Assembly: GCF_006345805.1 (NCBI RefSeq)
Contig: NC_042997.1
Location: 140,616,001 to 140,680,000, forward strand
DNA: 64,000 nucleotides
Origin: Octopus sinensis
Taxonomy: Eukaryota
Reading direction: 5' to 3'
The notes beneath the pieces were generated by a model, which ran no database searches, was not told the origin of the DNA, and saw nothing but the letters and a program-made list of their open reading frames with translations. Shown piece by piece: positions 49,761 to 61,822 of this stretch. Positions within the stretch are counted from its first letter, which is position 1; each line of letters begins with the position of its first letter. A program made the position numbers and the translations under genes.

Positions 49761-50544
49761 TAAGTGACGACTATTTTTGTTTCCTCTAAGATTCATCTCA
49801 CATCAGGACTGTATGTTTTTACTTTGCCTTGCATGGTACTTGTTGACCCTGCTGGTAGTGGTACCACATAAAAAGTACCAATGCTGGTATCATGTAAAAA
49901 AACACTGGTGCTGGTGCCACATAAAAAAGCACTGGTGCTAGTGCCACGTAAAAAGCTCCCAGTATACTCCGTAAAGTGGTTGGTATTAAGAAGGGCATCC
50001 AACTGTAGAAACCATGCCAAAAGAGACAATGAACTTGGTATGGCCCCTCACCATACCAGCTTTTTTCAAGGCATCCAACCCATGCCAGCATGGAAAACAT
50101 ATTCAATGATGATATGGTTTTCTTTCTATTTTTGTATAGTTAGGGTTAGGGTTATTTTGGTGTGTGTATGTATATATATATATATATATATAATGTCATT
50201 ACTAATGTTAGACCTCTCAACTATAAAGTGAGGAATGCTTTATCTATTTTCAGTTAAGTTCATTTGTTTTCATTTGAAAGCTTTATAGACCACTAAACCA
50301 CATATTGATGCATCAGTGATGCATGCAATCTGTAGTTGTCATTTTTTCTCTGTTCTTTCCTCTTTGACGTCAGTTTTCCAGTTCACTGTAAATTCATTGT
50401 GAGCACGTAATTTTTACTGTATTTCTAGTTAATTTTTTTTTTCTGATTCTACTTTTAAAAGTAATTAGCGTTAAGCAATTTTTCGTCTTTGAATATTTTC
50501 TTCTTTGTTTAATAAAATATAATGCACTTTTAAAACGATAAACG

Positions 50545-50848
50545 TCGCCCTTATCAAGCCTAGTCAGGCTCATGGGCCCAGTTTCCCGGTTTCTGTGGCA
50601 TATGTGTTCACCCCAGCTGGATGGGATGCCAGTCCATCACAGCATTACTCAAGAAACAGTAAAAAAGAGTGAGAGAAAGTTGGGGCAAAAGAGTACAACA
50701 GGGGTTACTACCACCCCTTGCCGGAGTCTCGTAGAGCTTTTAGGTGTTTTCACTCAATAAACACACACAACATCTGGTCTTGGGAATCGAAACCGCGATC
50801 TTCTGACCGCGAGTCTGCTGCCCTAACCACTGGGCCATTGCACCTCCA
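50545..50848 (-). mobile_element. tRNA-derived SINE, same head as 51468 but a different 3' module
   Basis: The - strand begins gtggaggtgcaatggcccagtggttagggcagcagactc; after about 200 bp it switches to an unrelated gatggactggcatccc... tail. Confidence 0.8.
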
Positions 50849-51467
50849 CAATGTACTTTTACTACAAATAAATACTTTTAATAATTTTTAGCAATTTACT
50901 CTATAAAGGCCTGCTTATCTGTTAGGTTCAATGATGAATTTACTGTGATATATTTGGTAAATAGATTATATATAGATGAAGCATATAGCTCAGTGGTTAG
51001 AATGTTTTGGGTTTACAATTGTGAAGTTGTGAGTTCAATTCCTAAACTGGGCTGTGTGTTACAATCTTGAGCAATTATTTCACATTGCTCCAGTTCACTC
51101 AGCTGTATTACAAATTGTGACATCACTGGTGCCAAACTGTATTGGCCTTTGCCTTTCTCTTGGACAACATCGGTTGTGTGAAGAGGGGGGACAGTCGACA
51201 TTAATGAATACCTCTCAGTCAACTCCTCCTCCTCTTGAACACCTTTATAGTTTGGCAACTCTTATTACCACTAAATTTTTTGTTTTGAGTCAGCACTGAA
51301 GTTTACCATATTTCATATATGAATACATCCGTGTAAACAATGTGATTCAAGACAGAATAATAGGTAGTGGGTATATATGCATATTTCAGGAGTTATTTTG
51401 CTTATAGGAGCAGGAGTGACTTCATGGTAGGTAGCTTGCTTACCAACCACATGGTACTGGGTTCAGT

Positions 51468-51853
51468 GTGGAGGCGCAATGGCCCAGTGGTTAGGGCAGC
51501 AGACTCGTGGTCATAGGATCGCGGTTTCGATTCCCAGACCGGGCGTTGTGAGTGTTTATTGAGCAAAAACACCTAAAGCTCCACGAGGCTCTGGCAGGGG
51601 ATGGTGGTGATCCCTGCTGTACTCTTTCACCACAACTTTCTCTCACTCTTACTTCCTGTTTCTGCTGTACCTGTATTTCAAAGGGCCGGCCTTGTCACTC
51701 TCTGTGTCACGCTGAATATCCCCGAGAACTACGTTAAGGGTACACATGTCTGTGGAGTGCTCAGCCACTTACACGTTAATTTCACGAGCAGGCTGTTCCT
51801 TTGATTCGGATCAACCGGAACCCTCGTCGTCGTAACCGACGGAGTGTTCTTAA
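51468..51853 (+). mobile_element. tRNA-derived SINE nested in a bipartite SINE, with 12-bp target-site duplication
   Basis: actgggttcagt occurs at 51456-51467 and 51854-51865; the host SINE (about 51410-52205) resumes after the second copy. A-box tggcccagtgg and B-box ggtttcgattccc are present. Confidence 0.9.
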
Positions 51854-52516
51854 ACTGGGTTCAGTCCCACTGCGTGGCACCTTGGGCAAGTGTCTTCTAT
51901 TGTAGCCTTGGGCTGACCAAAACCTTGTGATTGGGTTTGGTAGACGGAAACTAAAGGAAGTCCATCGTATATATATATACATATGAATGTATATGTCTGT
52001 GTGTCTGTGTTTGTCCCCCATCATCGCTTGACAACCAATACTGGTATGTTTATGTTCCCGTAACTTAGTTGTTTGCCAAAAAGAAACTGATAGAATAAGT
52101 ACTAGGCTTACAAAGATTAAGTCCTGGGGTCGATTTGCTCGACTAAAGGTGGTGCTCCGGCATGGTTGCAGTCAAATGACTGAAACAAATAAAAGAATAA
52201 AAGAATATACACACACACACACAAAAGGCTTATGGCTCAGTGGTTAGAGTGTTTTGGGTTTACAATTGTGAGGTTGTGAGTTCAATTCACAGACCAAGTG
52301 TGGGTTCAGTCACACTGTGTGGCACCTTGGGCAAGTTTCTACTTCTACAGCCTCAGGCCAACCAAAGCCTTGTGAGTGGATTTGGTAGACAGAAACTAAA
52401 AGAAGCCCATCATACATATATATATATATATATTAATAATAATAATGATGATATGACAACAAAAGAATGAATGAGACTGCAATATTATGTAAATAGAGGA
52501 ATTTATCTATAATATA

Positions 52517-53226
52517 ATATGTGACAATTAGTTGGTTGCCAAATGAAACTCAGAGTTTCGGATGTTGGGGCAGAAGTCTGCTCTGGCATCTCGTCAGTTA
52601 TTAAGACAAACAAAAATGCTATGAAAATGACAGTTAAATAAAGGGAAATTACCCAAATAGGGAGAAATTTAATATACTCGAAGAAGGTAAACCCACACTC
52701 ATAGAATCTGCATATGCGCGCATGTACATACATACAAATGCATGCATGTGCATATATGCATATGCTCACTCACACTCGTGTGAAACACATACATGCACAC
52801 ACACCTATATGTAAACATAATTGTACATGTATGGGTATATATAGGTGTGTGTGCATGTGTGCGGGTATGTATATGATGTGTACATGTGTATGGATGCATA
52901 TATATGTATACATATAGGTGTGTATGCAAGTGTGCATGTATGTGTTTCACACAAGTGTGAATATATGCATATATGCACATGCTCATGGGTGCGTGCGCGC
53001 GCATGTGTATTCATGTACATGCGTACATACGCGGATTCTATGAGCGTGGTTTTATCTTCTTCGAGTATTTTTAATTTCTCCCTATTCGGGTAATTTCCCT
53101 TTATTTAACGGTCATTTTCATAGCATTTTTGTTTGTCTTAATAACTGACAAGATGCCAGAGCAGACTTCCGTCCCGACATCCAAAACTCTGAGTTTTATT
53201 ATGGCAACTGGCTAATTGTTACATAT
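52517..53226. repeat. About 710-bp foldback/MITE-like palindrome with a microsatellite-like core
   Basis: 52517-52728 is the diverged reverse complement of 53013-53226 (e.g. ttattaagacaaacaaaaatgctatgaaaatgac / gtcattttcatagcatttttgtttgtcttaataa); further pairing 52760-52800 with 52931-52972. Confidence 0.93.
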
Positions 53227-53476
53227 CATATTTTATATATATATATATATTTATTTATGCACATGTGTCTGTGTTTGTCTCCCCACCATTGCTTGACAAC
53301 CGATGTTGGTGTATTTACATCTCCATAACTTAGTGGTTCAGCAAAAGTGACTGATAGAATCAGTAATAGGCTTACAAAGAATAAGTCCTGGGGTTGATTG
53401 CTTTGACTAAAAACACTTTAAGATGGTGCTCCAGCATGGCTGCAGTCAAAATGACTGAAGCAAATAAAAGACTATA

Positions 53477-53643
53477 GGTAAGTAGCTTGCTTACCAACCA
53501 CGTGATTCTGGGTTCAGTCTCACTGCGTGGCACCTTGGGCAAGTATCTTCTACTATGGCCTCAGGCCAACCAAAGCCTTGTGATTGGATTTGGTAGACGG
53601 AAACTGAAGGAAGCCTGTCATATGTATGTGTGTACATATATAC

Positions 53644-53677
<34 letters not shown>

Positions 53678-53895
53678 GTGTGAGTGTGTTTGTGTGTCTG
53701 TGTTTGGCCCCCACCATCACTTGACAACCGATGCTGGTGTGTTTACATCCACGTAACTTAGCGGTTTGGCAAAAGAGACCGATAGAATTAGTACTAGGCT
53801 CACAAAGAATAAAGTCTTTGAGTCGATTTGTTCAACTAAAGGCGGTGCTCCAGCTTGGCCGCAGTCAAATGACTGAAACAAGTAAAAGAATAAAG
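53477..53895 (+). mobile_element. Bipartite tRNA-derived SINE, preceded by a solo second module at 53255-53470
   Basis: Same two-module layout as 36041-36500. Confidence 0.85.
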
Positions 53896-54999
53896 GAATA
53901 TATACATATATGATATTTATTTACCAAATAATGATATATTTGGCATGATGATGGATTTACCATTGTTGTATTAGGCTCACAGTGTACGTAGTTTGCTATG
54001 AAATTACAGAGATGAATTTACCAAATATCCAGTCCTTTTTTTTCTATGAAGCTGTTTTTACAGCTGGATACCTTTCCTACTTTTAAGCACTCAGTCTCTG
54101 CGTAAAAATGGAGGCTTTTTTAAGGAACCTCTTTGTCTGTAGGTATCAGTTGGCATTAATGAATATCTCTCAGCCAACTCCATATCTCCCTTTTCAACAT
54201 GTTTTTCTTTTTTCCAAACTTGCTCCTTACCTTTCAAATTTGTTACTCTGCTTCACAAATTGTAAATGTTCTTATTAAGCATCTAAGCTGGCAAAATCAT
54301 TATTGCAGCAGACAAATTGCTTAGCAACATTTCTTCCAACTCATTATGTCTTGAGTTCAAATTCCATCGAGGTCAACTTTTCCTTTCATCCTTTTAAGAT
54401 CAATAAAACAAAGTACCAGTCAAGTATTGGAGATCAATGAAATCGACTTGCCTCCATCCCCTAAAATTGTTACTTTGTTCCAAAATTTGAAACCATTCAC
54501 TTAGTTTTCTTCCTCTCCTCTGATCTTTACCTCTTCCCTTCTTGTTTTCAAAAAAATTCCTTGTGTTCTTCTTTCCATGCCCAACATATATCACTTTGTG
54601 ACCCCACTCTCTTTTATTTTTCCATATTTTCTCTTACACCCTACCTTACTCTTCCTTATTTTTTCATTCTTCTCTCTTCCAATCTATCTACTCAGTACCA
54701 TTAGGAAACATTACACCCCAAAATATTAGATTTTTCCCTTCTCATGGCAAGCCACTTTTAAACTAAGTACTATTTTCTTCAGATCACATTGATTGCTATA
54801 GCAGGTAGTGTTAGAAATTTAAAAAGTAATAGATTCTTGACATCAAGGTTCAGAGTTAAAACCTTACTACTTGAATTATCATATTAGGTCCTTAAGCAAA
54901 GTGCATAAATATGTTTGTTGTAGATGGTCTGTCACACCTTCCTAAATTACAGTTGTATAGTTGGTGATATGAGGACCATCCAGTTGCAAAAGCAAATAT

Positions 55000-55535
55000 T
55001 CCAGCTTGTAAGCATCTTGTGAGATGCTTACACTCTGTCATAAATACACGCTGACATTGCATATTCTCAGTGGTCACAGCCCATGTTTCATTGTCATGTA
55101 GCATGGCTGTTTGCACACAAGCATCATACAATCTGCCTTTCACTCTGAGGGAGAGATGCTTATTTACCAACAGAGGAAGGTGCTCTCTGAACTTTCCTCA
55201 GCCTATTCTTATTCTAGCAGCTCTGCTCTTGGAGCAGTCACCTCTGCTTCTGACTTGGTCACTGAGATAATGGGAGCTATCACCTACTTCTAGCTTTCCC
55301 CCTTAGCATTTGATGGAATTTTCTACCTATGGCTTTTCTACATATTGAACAGGACCATCTACCTGAAGGGATTTTTGATTTGTCTGCTTTCCTACTTACC
55401 AAGACTTTGGTTTTTCTAGATTAACTCTAAAGTCCTTTGATTCTAGACCTTGATTTCACACCTGAAATTTCTTCTCTAGTTCTGGTAGTGATTTGGTTAC
55501 AAGAACAAAGTCATCAGCATCGAGGAGCTCCCTCT
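55000..55535 (-). mobile_element. RTE-b LINE RT/C-terminal fragment
   Basis: The - strand reads LLDADDFVLVTKSLPELEKKF...RVNLEKTKVL and SLRVKGRLYDACVQTAMLH..ETWAV. Confidence 0.85.
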
Positions 55536-56042
55536 AATGTAGCTTAGTTTTAACCTTTTGATACTAACCCACCTGAGACTAACCCTGATTCTATGATACA
55601 CGCTTTCAGTTTTAAAGTGATTTAAAATAAAACTTATAAAAGTTTGATGTTAATTTATGTTCCAAACATCAGCTTAGTAATGGCAGGTTTTTTTTTACTA
55701 AATTCTTTATTATCTTAAAAATTAATTAAAACAATAGCAGTGTGTTTCGACAGAAATATGGAAACATCTGTAAATCAAAGTGTGGTAGTCTTTAGTTGAG
55801 GTGATATGCAACTATCTAACTCAATATAGCAGAAGTCATTTATAGTAAGGCAAAGAGAGGAGATAGTACAAGTATAGCAGAAGTTGACAGTCTTTATAAA
55901 CTGGTATGTATGAGCAACTGCTGGTCTTCCACATATAACCCTGCCTGGACTTGTGCCTCAGAGGGAACTTTCTAGGTGCAAACCCATGGTCATTCATGAC
56001 TGAAGAGGGTCTTTACCCTCTATGAAAAACACACACACACAC

Positions 56043-56075
<33 letters not shown>

Positions 56076-56109
56076 GAGAGTAATATATATTAATGTTTGT
56101 TAACCAAAG

Positions 56110-56460
56110 GGTTAAGTTTGAACATCTGTCAGTTAAAGTTTGGTGGTCCTTAGTTGAGGTGGGATGCAACAAATTCAGTGAAGCAGAGGTCATTATAGTA
56201 GTGATAAAAACATAAAGAGAAGAGACAGCACAAGTATACCAGAGATTGGAGTGCATCAATGAATCTTTGCTAATAATTTGGATAGTCTTCAGGTGTGTAA
56301 CAGCTGTGTTGTCTCAGATACGGGAGCAGTGTCCCATTATTGGTGTTACTTGAGCTTTGTAAAGAGTTAACACATGATCCAAGCTGAAGTATTTTCTGGC
56401 TCTGAAGAGAAAGGCTAGTTTTTGGAGTGTAAGCTTAGTTATGTATGTGAAATCACCAGG
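56110..56460 (-). mobile_element. CR1/L2-like LINE RT C-terminal fragment
   Basis: The - strand reads YITKLTLQKLAFLFRARKYFSLDHVLTLYKAQVTPIMGHCSRI*D, the K.L.FL.R...YF....LL.LYK....P..EYCS.VW pattern. Confidence 0.8.
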
Positions 56461-58105
56461 AGAGACCATAGGGATTTCTCTGCAGGTGTACTACTTAGGG
56501 GGACATTATTGTTTAGGAATGATGTGTAGGGGGAGTGTGGGAGCACCTCTTAGCCACTATTGTTCCCAAGTCTACTCAGACCCAGAGTTGTAGTACCTGT
56601 CAGGATCCCTGCTATGGGTTAACTAGTATATTAGGGCTTGCTTACCAACGCATATGAAGATTGAATCCAGTTGACTTTACGGAAGAAACCTTCATGGTTC
56701 AACAGAGAGGAAGGCATCTGCAACAATGCATTTTGGATTGCAGAGAGCAAGATGAAACTAGTAAGACATCTTGGTCTTCCACTGCATCTGTCTCCATCCT
56801 CATTTGTTTTGATCTGGTTTTGCCACTCTATTAACTCTTTAGCATTTAGTCTACGCTGTCAAACGTAATACTTATTTATTCATATTGCTTGAATTTATTA
56901 TATATTGACTCATAGCTTTGAGATTTTGATGATGCAGCTGATTATTTTTACAATGGCATTATAGGGTAGGTGTGAGAAGCCAGCTCTGGCCAGTTTGAGC
57001 GTAAAACAGAACATTTTATCCAGATGTGGCTGGTTTAAATGCTAAAGGGTTAAAGTTGGTCACAGATGAGAGAGTGAGGTTGATGGTGCACAATTCTTCT
57101 TCACTCAAAATAAAGACACTGCACAGATCATCAGTCACCAGACAAGATGGACCTCATTAGAGCAGTGAGGATTTTCTTGTCCTTATGACTAGATGGTCAT
57201 GGTGGATAAACATGAGGAAGATTGTGAAAAGTTGGTAGAGATCCTCTTAGTAAAGGCTCAAAAAGGACTGGGTGCTATTTGGAAGATGAAACAATTAGCA
57301 GGTTGTATAAAAGACATGATACAGTTTGAGGCCTGATACAGTTTGAGACTTTAAAGAGTAAAAAGTAATCTTGATCTCCAACTTGACATAGGGATTTTGT
57401 TAGAACTTATTAGTTCTTTGTTTTTTTACCTTGAGAGAATCTCTCATAAGGACTTGTGGTGCATAAAAGCACTTGTAATTATATCGATGACAGACAAGAA
57501 TCATCTGCTATGGCTACCAGAACTACCAGATCACATGATTTCACCCTGCTGTGGGTTCATCAGTGACAGATGTTCAGCAGTACTATAACAGCCAAATCTC
57601 CTGTCAATGATATATAATATAGAATATCAGTGTCTATTCAGGCACTGGTATTGCAAATAGCCTGTGGGCTTCTAACACAATGTCCATGTTAAGTTGAAGA
57701 TCAAGATTACCATTTGGTATTAATAATGCTTCTGTCATTATTAATTATTTTCTAAAGGATAAACTTTCTCAAAATATTGTTTTTTGCTTCATTTTTAATA
57801 CTCTAGTACTGCCTTGTGTTATTAGTTATTTCATACTAGTTTTGCTTTAATATTTTGATTGTTATATTGCTTTGGTCTTATATTGTCTTGTCTGATATTT
57901 TTATTCCTTTCTGTCTGACAAAATGATCCTACAAGAGCAAATGCATAGCATGAATTTATTTGAATTTAATATTTGTTTAAAAAACAGAGGAGGATTTTAT
58001 AATCAAATAGATAACATCATTTTCTTTTTCCTCCTGCACTGTAAAGCATTTGATGGCCATACCAGCAAATAAATTGCATTTGATTATAATTTCAATCTTG
58101 CCTTG

Positions 58106-58144
<39 letters not shown>

Positions 58145-58326
58145 AAGATGAAAGGAGATTGAATAGTGATTGTATGGTATTAATAAAATGTTTCCCAGTG
58201 TTGTAAGCAACATAAAAGTTAATTATATGTGAAATATAACATGTATTTATATTTCATATATACAATTCACAATATATGTGAAACTGTTTCATGTATATTA
58301 TAATTTATTTTGATATATATCTGATG

Positions 58327-58543
58327 TGAGGGGGTGCTGAAAAGTTCCTGGCTTTGGGTAAAAGAGACTACAAGAGGATCAGTTAATTATGATTCATTCA
58401 ACATATTCCTCTCTCAAATTCACACACTTATTGCAGTGGTCCTTCAGTTTTTGTATTCTTCGTAAAAGAACTCAAATGTTTGGGCCTCCAACCAAGCCTT
58501 TTGCAATACCCTTAAAGCCAGGAATTTTTTACTCCCCCCCTTG
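58327..58543 (-). mobile_element. Mariner-derived MITE
   Basis: TIRs tgagggggtgctgaaaagttcctggcttt / aaagccaggaattttttactcccccccttg|ta; the centre on the - strand reads RIQKLKDHCNKCVNLREEYVE*. Confidence 0.8.
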
Positions 58544-59079
58544 TAGATTTAAATATATGTATTATTCATATTTCATGTTTTCACTAAAGCGTATAAAACG
58601 ACCAAGTTTATATATCACCTCACTACTTTTGTACTACAAAGAAAGGGAAGAATTAATCTCTTCTAGAATATACATATTTATCTTTGTCTATTGAGTTGTC
58701 TATCATATATTTCTTACAGTATTTTAAATGATGACATTCTTATTCCATCTTGTCCTTCAGAAGCACTACTAATCTACATATCCAAATGATTAATTGTATT
58801 ATTCTGTTCTGTATGAAATATTATACTGAGAAATGTAATTTTATATTATGAAATAATCTTGTCTTATTTGATATATATCATTCTATTATTATGTCATCAA
58901 TATAAAATACTGTCCTTTTTTGATACAGAAATACCCAGTAAATCGTTATGGCATTGACTAAATAATTGCTTTATAGTCTTGGAGTTATCTGTTATCAAGT
59001 TACTTATTCTTTATCTCTTACATATAACCATCAATTACACAGCAATTTGGCAGTTATTAGAACACCTGATTGATTTTTG

Positions 59080-59440
59080 CTTTTGTTTTTTTTTTTCTTT
59101 TTACTTGTTGGAACTGGAGGAAGGGACAATGCCCATGGCATTTGTAGGTCATTTGAGAGCAGTGAGGTTGATGCTATTGATGTTCCGGTTGAACTTTTAT
59201 TTATAAGTCAACTCTTGCAGAAAGGACATGAACAGAGAGATGGTTCCAGGGGGATCCAACTTTATGGAAAAGAAGAACCAGGCATAACGCCTTCTGGGTG
59301 TTTGTGTGTGTGTATGTGTAGGGGGAGTGGATTGGAAATGCTTGAGTAGAGATGGTATGAGCCCAACCAATTCCATGGAGCAGAGGCCATTATAGTAGTG
59401 AAGAGAAACAGCATGCCTGTGGGTAAGAGGTTGGAACATA
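59080..59440 (-). mobile_element. CR1/L2-like LINE 3' end
   Basis: ORF 59197-59439 reads FQPLTHRHAVSLHYYNGLCSMELVGLIP, resembling LQPL.HRR.VASL.LFY.YY.G.CS.EL..LIP. Confidence 0.7.
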
Positions 59441-59662
59441 TTTGTGAGTGACTTTATACTATCTAATTGATGGTACTTTCCTGGATGTCAGCCAGGACAG
59501 GGGTCCCTAACCACAAGGCTGCACTCTAGTTCTAGGCCATGGATCATATAGTCCTGGGCCATACAGAAAGAATAAATTTTTAGATTTTGAGTTATATTGA
59601 TATATTGGGTCATGACCCAATATAGATATATAGATATATAGATATATTGATATATAGATATA

Positions 59663-60045
59663 TTGGGTCATCCCATAAATAATGCAGTTTTTTTCAATTG
59701 CATGAACTAAAAGTTGGGAGAAAAACAGGATAAACTACCTGCATCAACTTGCTATAAAAGCAGCTAGTAATTTCACCTTGTACTTATTCTTAGTGTAAGT
59801 TCTGAAGAGTGCAGCTCGATTTTAACAGTTATTTTTTTCAAAGCTTTAATAGAAGTGGCAAAGGAGCATATTCAGCATATTTTGCTTTATGAGTTCAATA
59901 AAGGCAAAAATGCAACAGAAAGTGCAAGTAATATTAATGCAGTATATGAGGATCAGACAATATGTGTAAGCCAGTGTCAAAGGTGGTCCCAGAAATTCTG
60001 AGCTGGAAACTACAGCCTAGAAGACGAGCCTTGTCCTGGAAAACC
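59663..60045 (+). mobile_element. Mariner 5' fragment: left TIR plus transposase N-terminus
   Basis: ta|ttgggtcatcccataa TIR; from 59849 (ATA in place of ATG) it reads EVAKEHIQHILLYEFNKGKNATESASNINAVY...QCQRWSQKF*AGNYSLEDEPCPGK, a mariner helix-turn-helix region. Confidence 0.88.
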
Positions 60046-60913
60046 AAGTTTACTCTCTGATTCTATATTTTCAAAAAAATTTTGTCAATTGCATTAGAAT
60101 TATTTCTCTTCTAGAAGGAGTTTCCGTGTATGAATTGCTTGGATACTCTTTGTAAACAAAATTTTTGAACTTTTCAATATATATATATGTGAGATCCCAT
60201 TGTTTTTGTATTTTGTATGCAGAACTAAAAAAAAAAAAATAGAGGGTGGAGTTTCACAGGCACTGTTTTTGTTGTTTAAACATAACAGGCTTTCAGTCTT
60301 GTGGCAAATCCCAGTGAAATTGCTAAAGTAATTTAGGTGTTCCTTCTCAAGAGCAAGGTGATAAATGCAGGTGGGATACCTAACTTACTTTCATAATTTC
60401 ATCAGGACTTGTTTCAGGACACACACCTACAACATCAGGCTTTCAGTTTGGTGTGTTTTTATTTGTTGATACAGAGTGAAACTAATTGAAAGAAGATATA
60501 CATTAATTTTTATACATATGAGTTGCAGGTGTGGTTCAGAAGTTTGCTCTCCCATAATGTGGTCTTGTGTTCAGGTCCTACTGCATTGCACCTTAGTTTC
60601 CAGTGTTCTGTGAAAAGCATGCCTGGCTTTAGAGAATATTTCCTTGCTTGGAAACAGGTGAGGGTTGACAAATGCAAGGGCATTCAGCTACAGAAAATTT
60701 GTTCAACAAATACCATCTGGGGGTATAGGCCTGGGTATTTAGATATAGACATAATTATATCAAAAGAATTGGAAGAACCTCTCCACAGGCTAGAGATAGA
60801 TGCCAAATAGCACTAAAAACCATCTTATATCTCCTGTAGCACAGGTTGTAAACAGGCAAAAATACAACTTTCCATATATATATATATATATAATAAATAC
60901 AACTTTCTATATA

Positions 60914-61388
60914 TCTGTATATATAAAAGGCAGGATGTGTGTGTGTGTGTGTGTGTGTACGTGAATGTAATTTATGCACATTCACAAATTAGCATGCATG
61001 TCACTCCAATTTTAGGAGGACGTTCGTCATGACCCTAGCTGTAAAAATAAATTTTCAACCAAAGTCCCCTTCTAGCAATGAGTAAGTTTTTGTTAAGACT
61101 TTTGTTTTTTTTCCCCATCGAGGAAAAAGTGCTTTGTTGATATACGGGCAACACACATACACACACACACACACAAACATGTATGCGTACAAAAGACATG
61201 CATGCAATAGGTATATGTATGTATGTGTGTGTGTGTGTGTGTTGCCCATATATATATTTATATAAACCAATTTCAATGGATTTCACCAAAAATAGACGTC
61301 GATGTTACTTAGTTTGGTTTAAAATAAAGAACCTGATTAGCTTAATAATCCTAACTTAATCCCGGGCAAAGCCGGGTTATACTGCTAG
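60914..61388 (+). mobile_element. Complete short Helitron-like non-autonomous element
   Basis: A|TC 5' end (atctgtatatataaaagg), subterminal GC hairpin cccgg-gcaaag-ccggg at 61361-61376, CTAG|T 3' end, no TSD; it sits 337 bp upstream of exon C. Confidence 0.8.
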
Positions 61389-61725
61389 TATATATATATA
61401 TAATATAAACTCGACTGACTTCTTTCAGTTTCCACTAAATCTACTCACAAGGCATTGGTCAGCTCAGAGTTATAGGTAGAAGACACTTGTCCAAGGTGCA
61501 ACACAGTGGGAGTCAACCTGAAACCGTAGGGTTTGGAAGCAAACTTCCTAACCACACACTCATTCCTATCAATATTAGTCACAACTAACATACGATTACA
61601 TAACAGTATAAGTATATAATTGCTGACAGTCATCAAAACATTAATATAATTACTGTTTTTGTAGACTTTCTTGTGTTTCAATAATTTTTATTTTTTAAAT
61701 TAAAAATTTTTTTTTTTCTTTTCAG

Positions 61726-61822
61726 GCTTTGTTTTGTTGGAGCCCGTGCTAAACATTTTCCAGAATTTCTAGCAATGATTAATATCAAATATTTCACACC
61801 AATGCCTGCACTAATGTTTGGT
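61726..61822 (+). CDS. Internal coding exon C of the same SLC7/LAT transporter
   Basis: Acceptor ttttttttcttttcag and donor gtaagt at 61823; 97 nt, phase 2 to 0. Translates (R)LCFVGARAKHFPEFLAMINIKYFTPMPALMFG, matching the LFFVGAR.GH.P...TP.PAL block. Phase is compatible with exon B across a 16.6 kb intron. Confidence 0.93.

Larger units (their letters stand above)
44038..61822 (+). other. Partial SLC7/LAT gene model: 3 exons (325 nt) with introns 44162-44966 and 45071-61725; gene extends beyond the supported exons on both sides
   Basis: Both introns are GT-AG and the joined reading frame is open. Exon boundaries fall where vertebrate SLC7A7-type genes are split, recalled from family knowledge. 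Confidence 0.9.

Noticed and set aside
51470-51545. tRNA gene (A and B boxes present); similar heads at 25210, 27925, 35050 and 50780
   Set aside because: These continue directly into multi-copy SINE bodies and one has a TSD; I could not fold a complete cloverleaf.
26331-60045. Mariner 3' and 5' fragments with similar TIRs as ends of one large composite transposon
   Set aside because: The 3' piece precedes the 5' piece, so the TIRs face away from each other and the pieces are independent.
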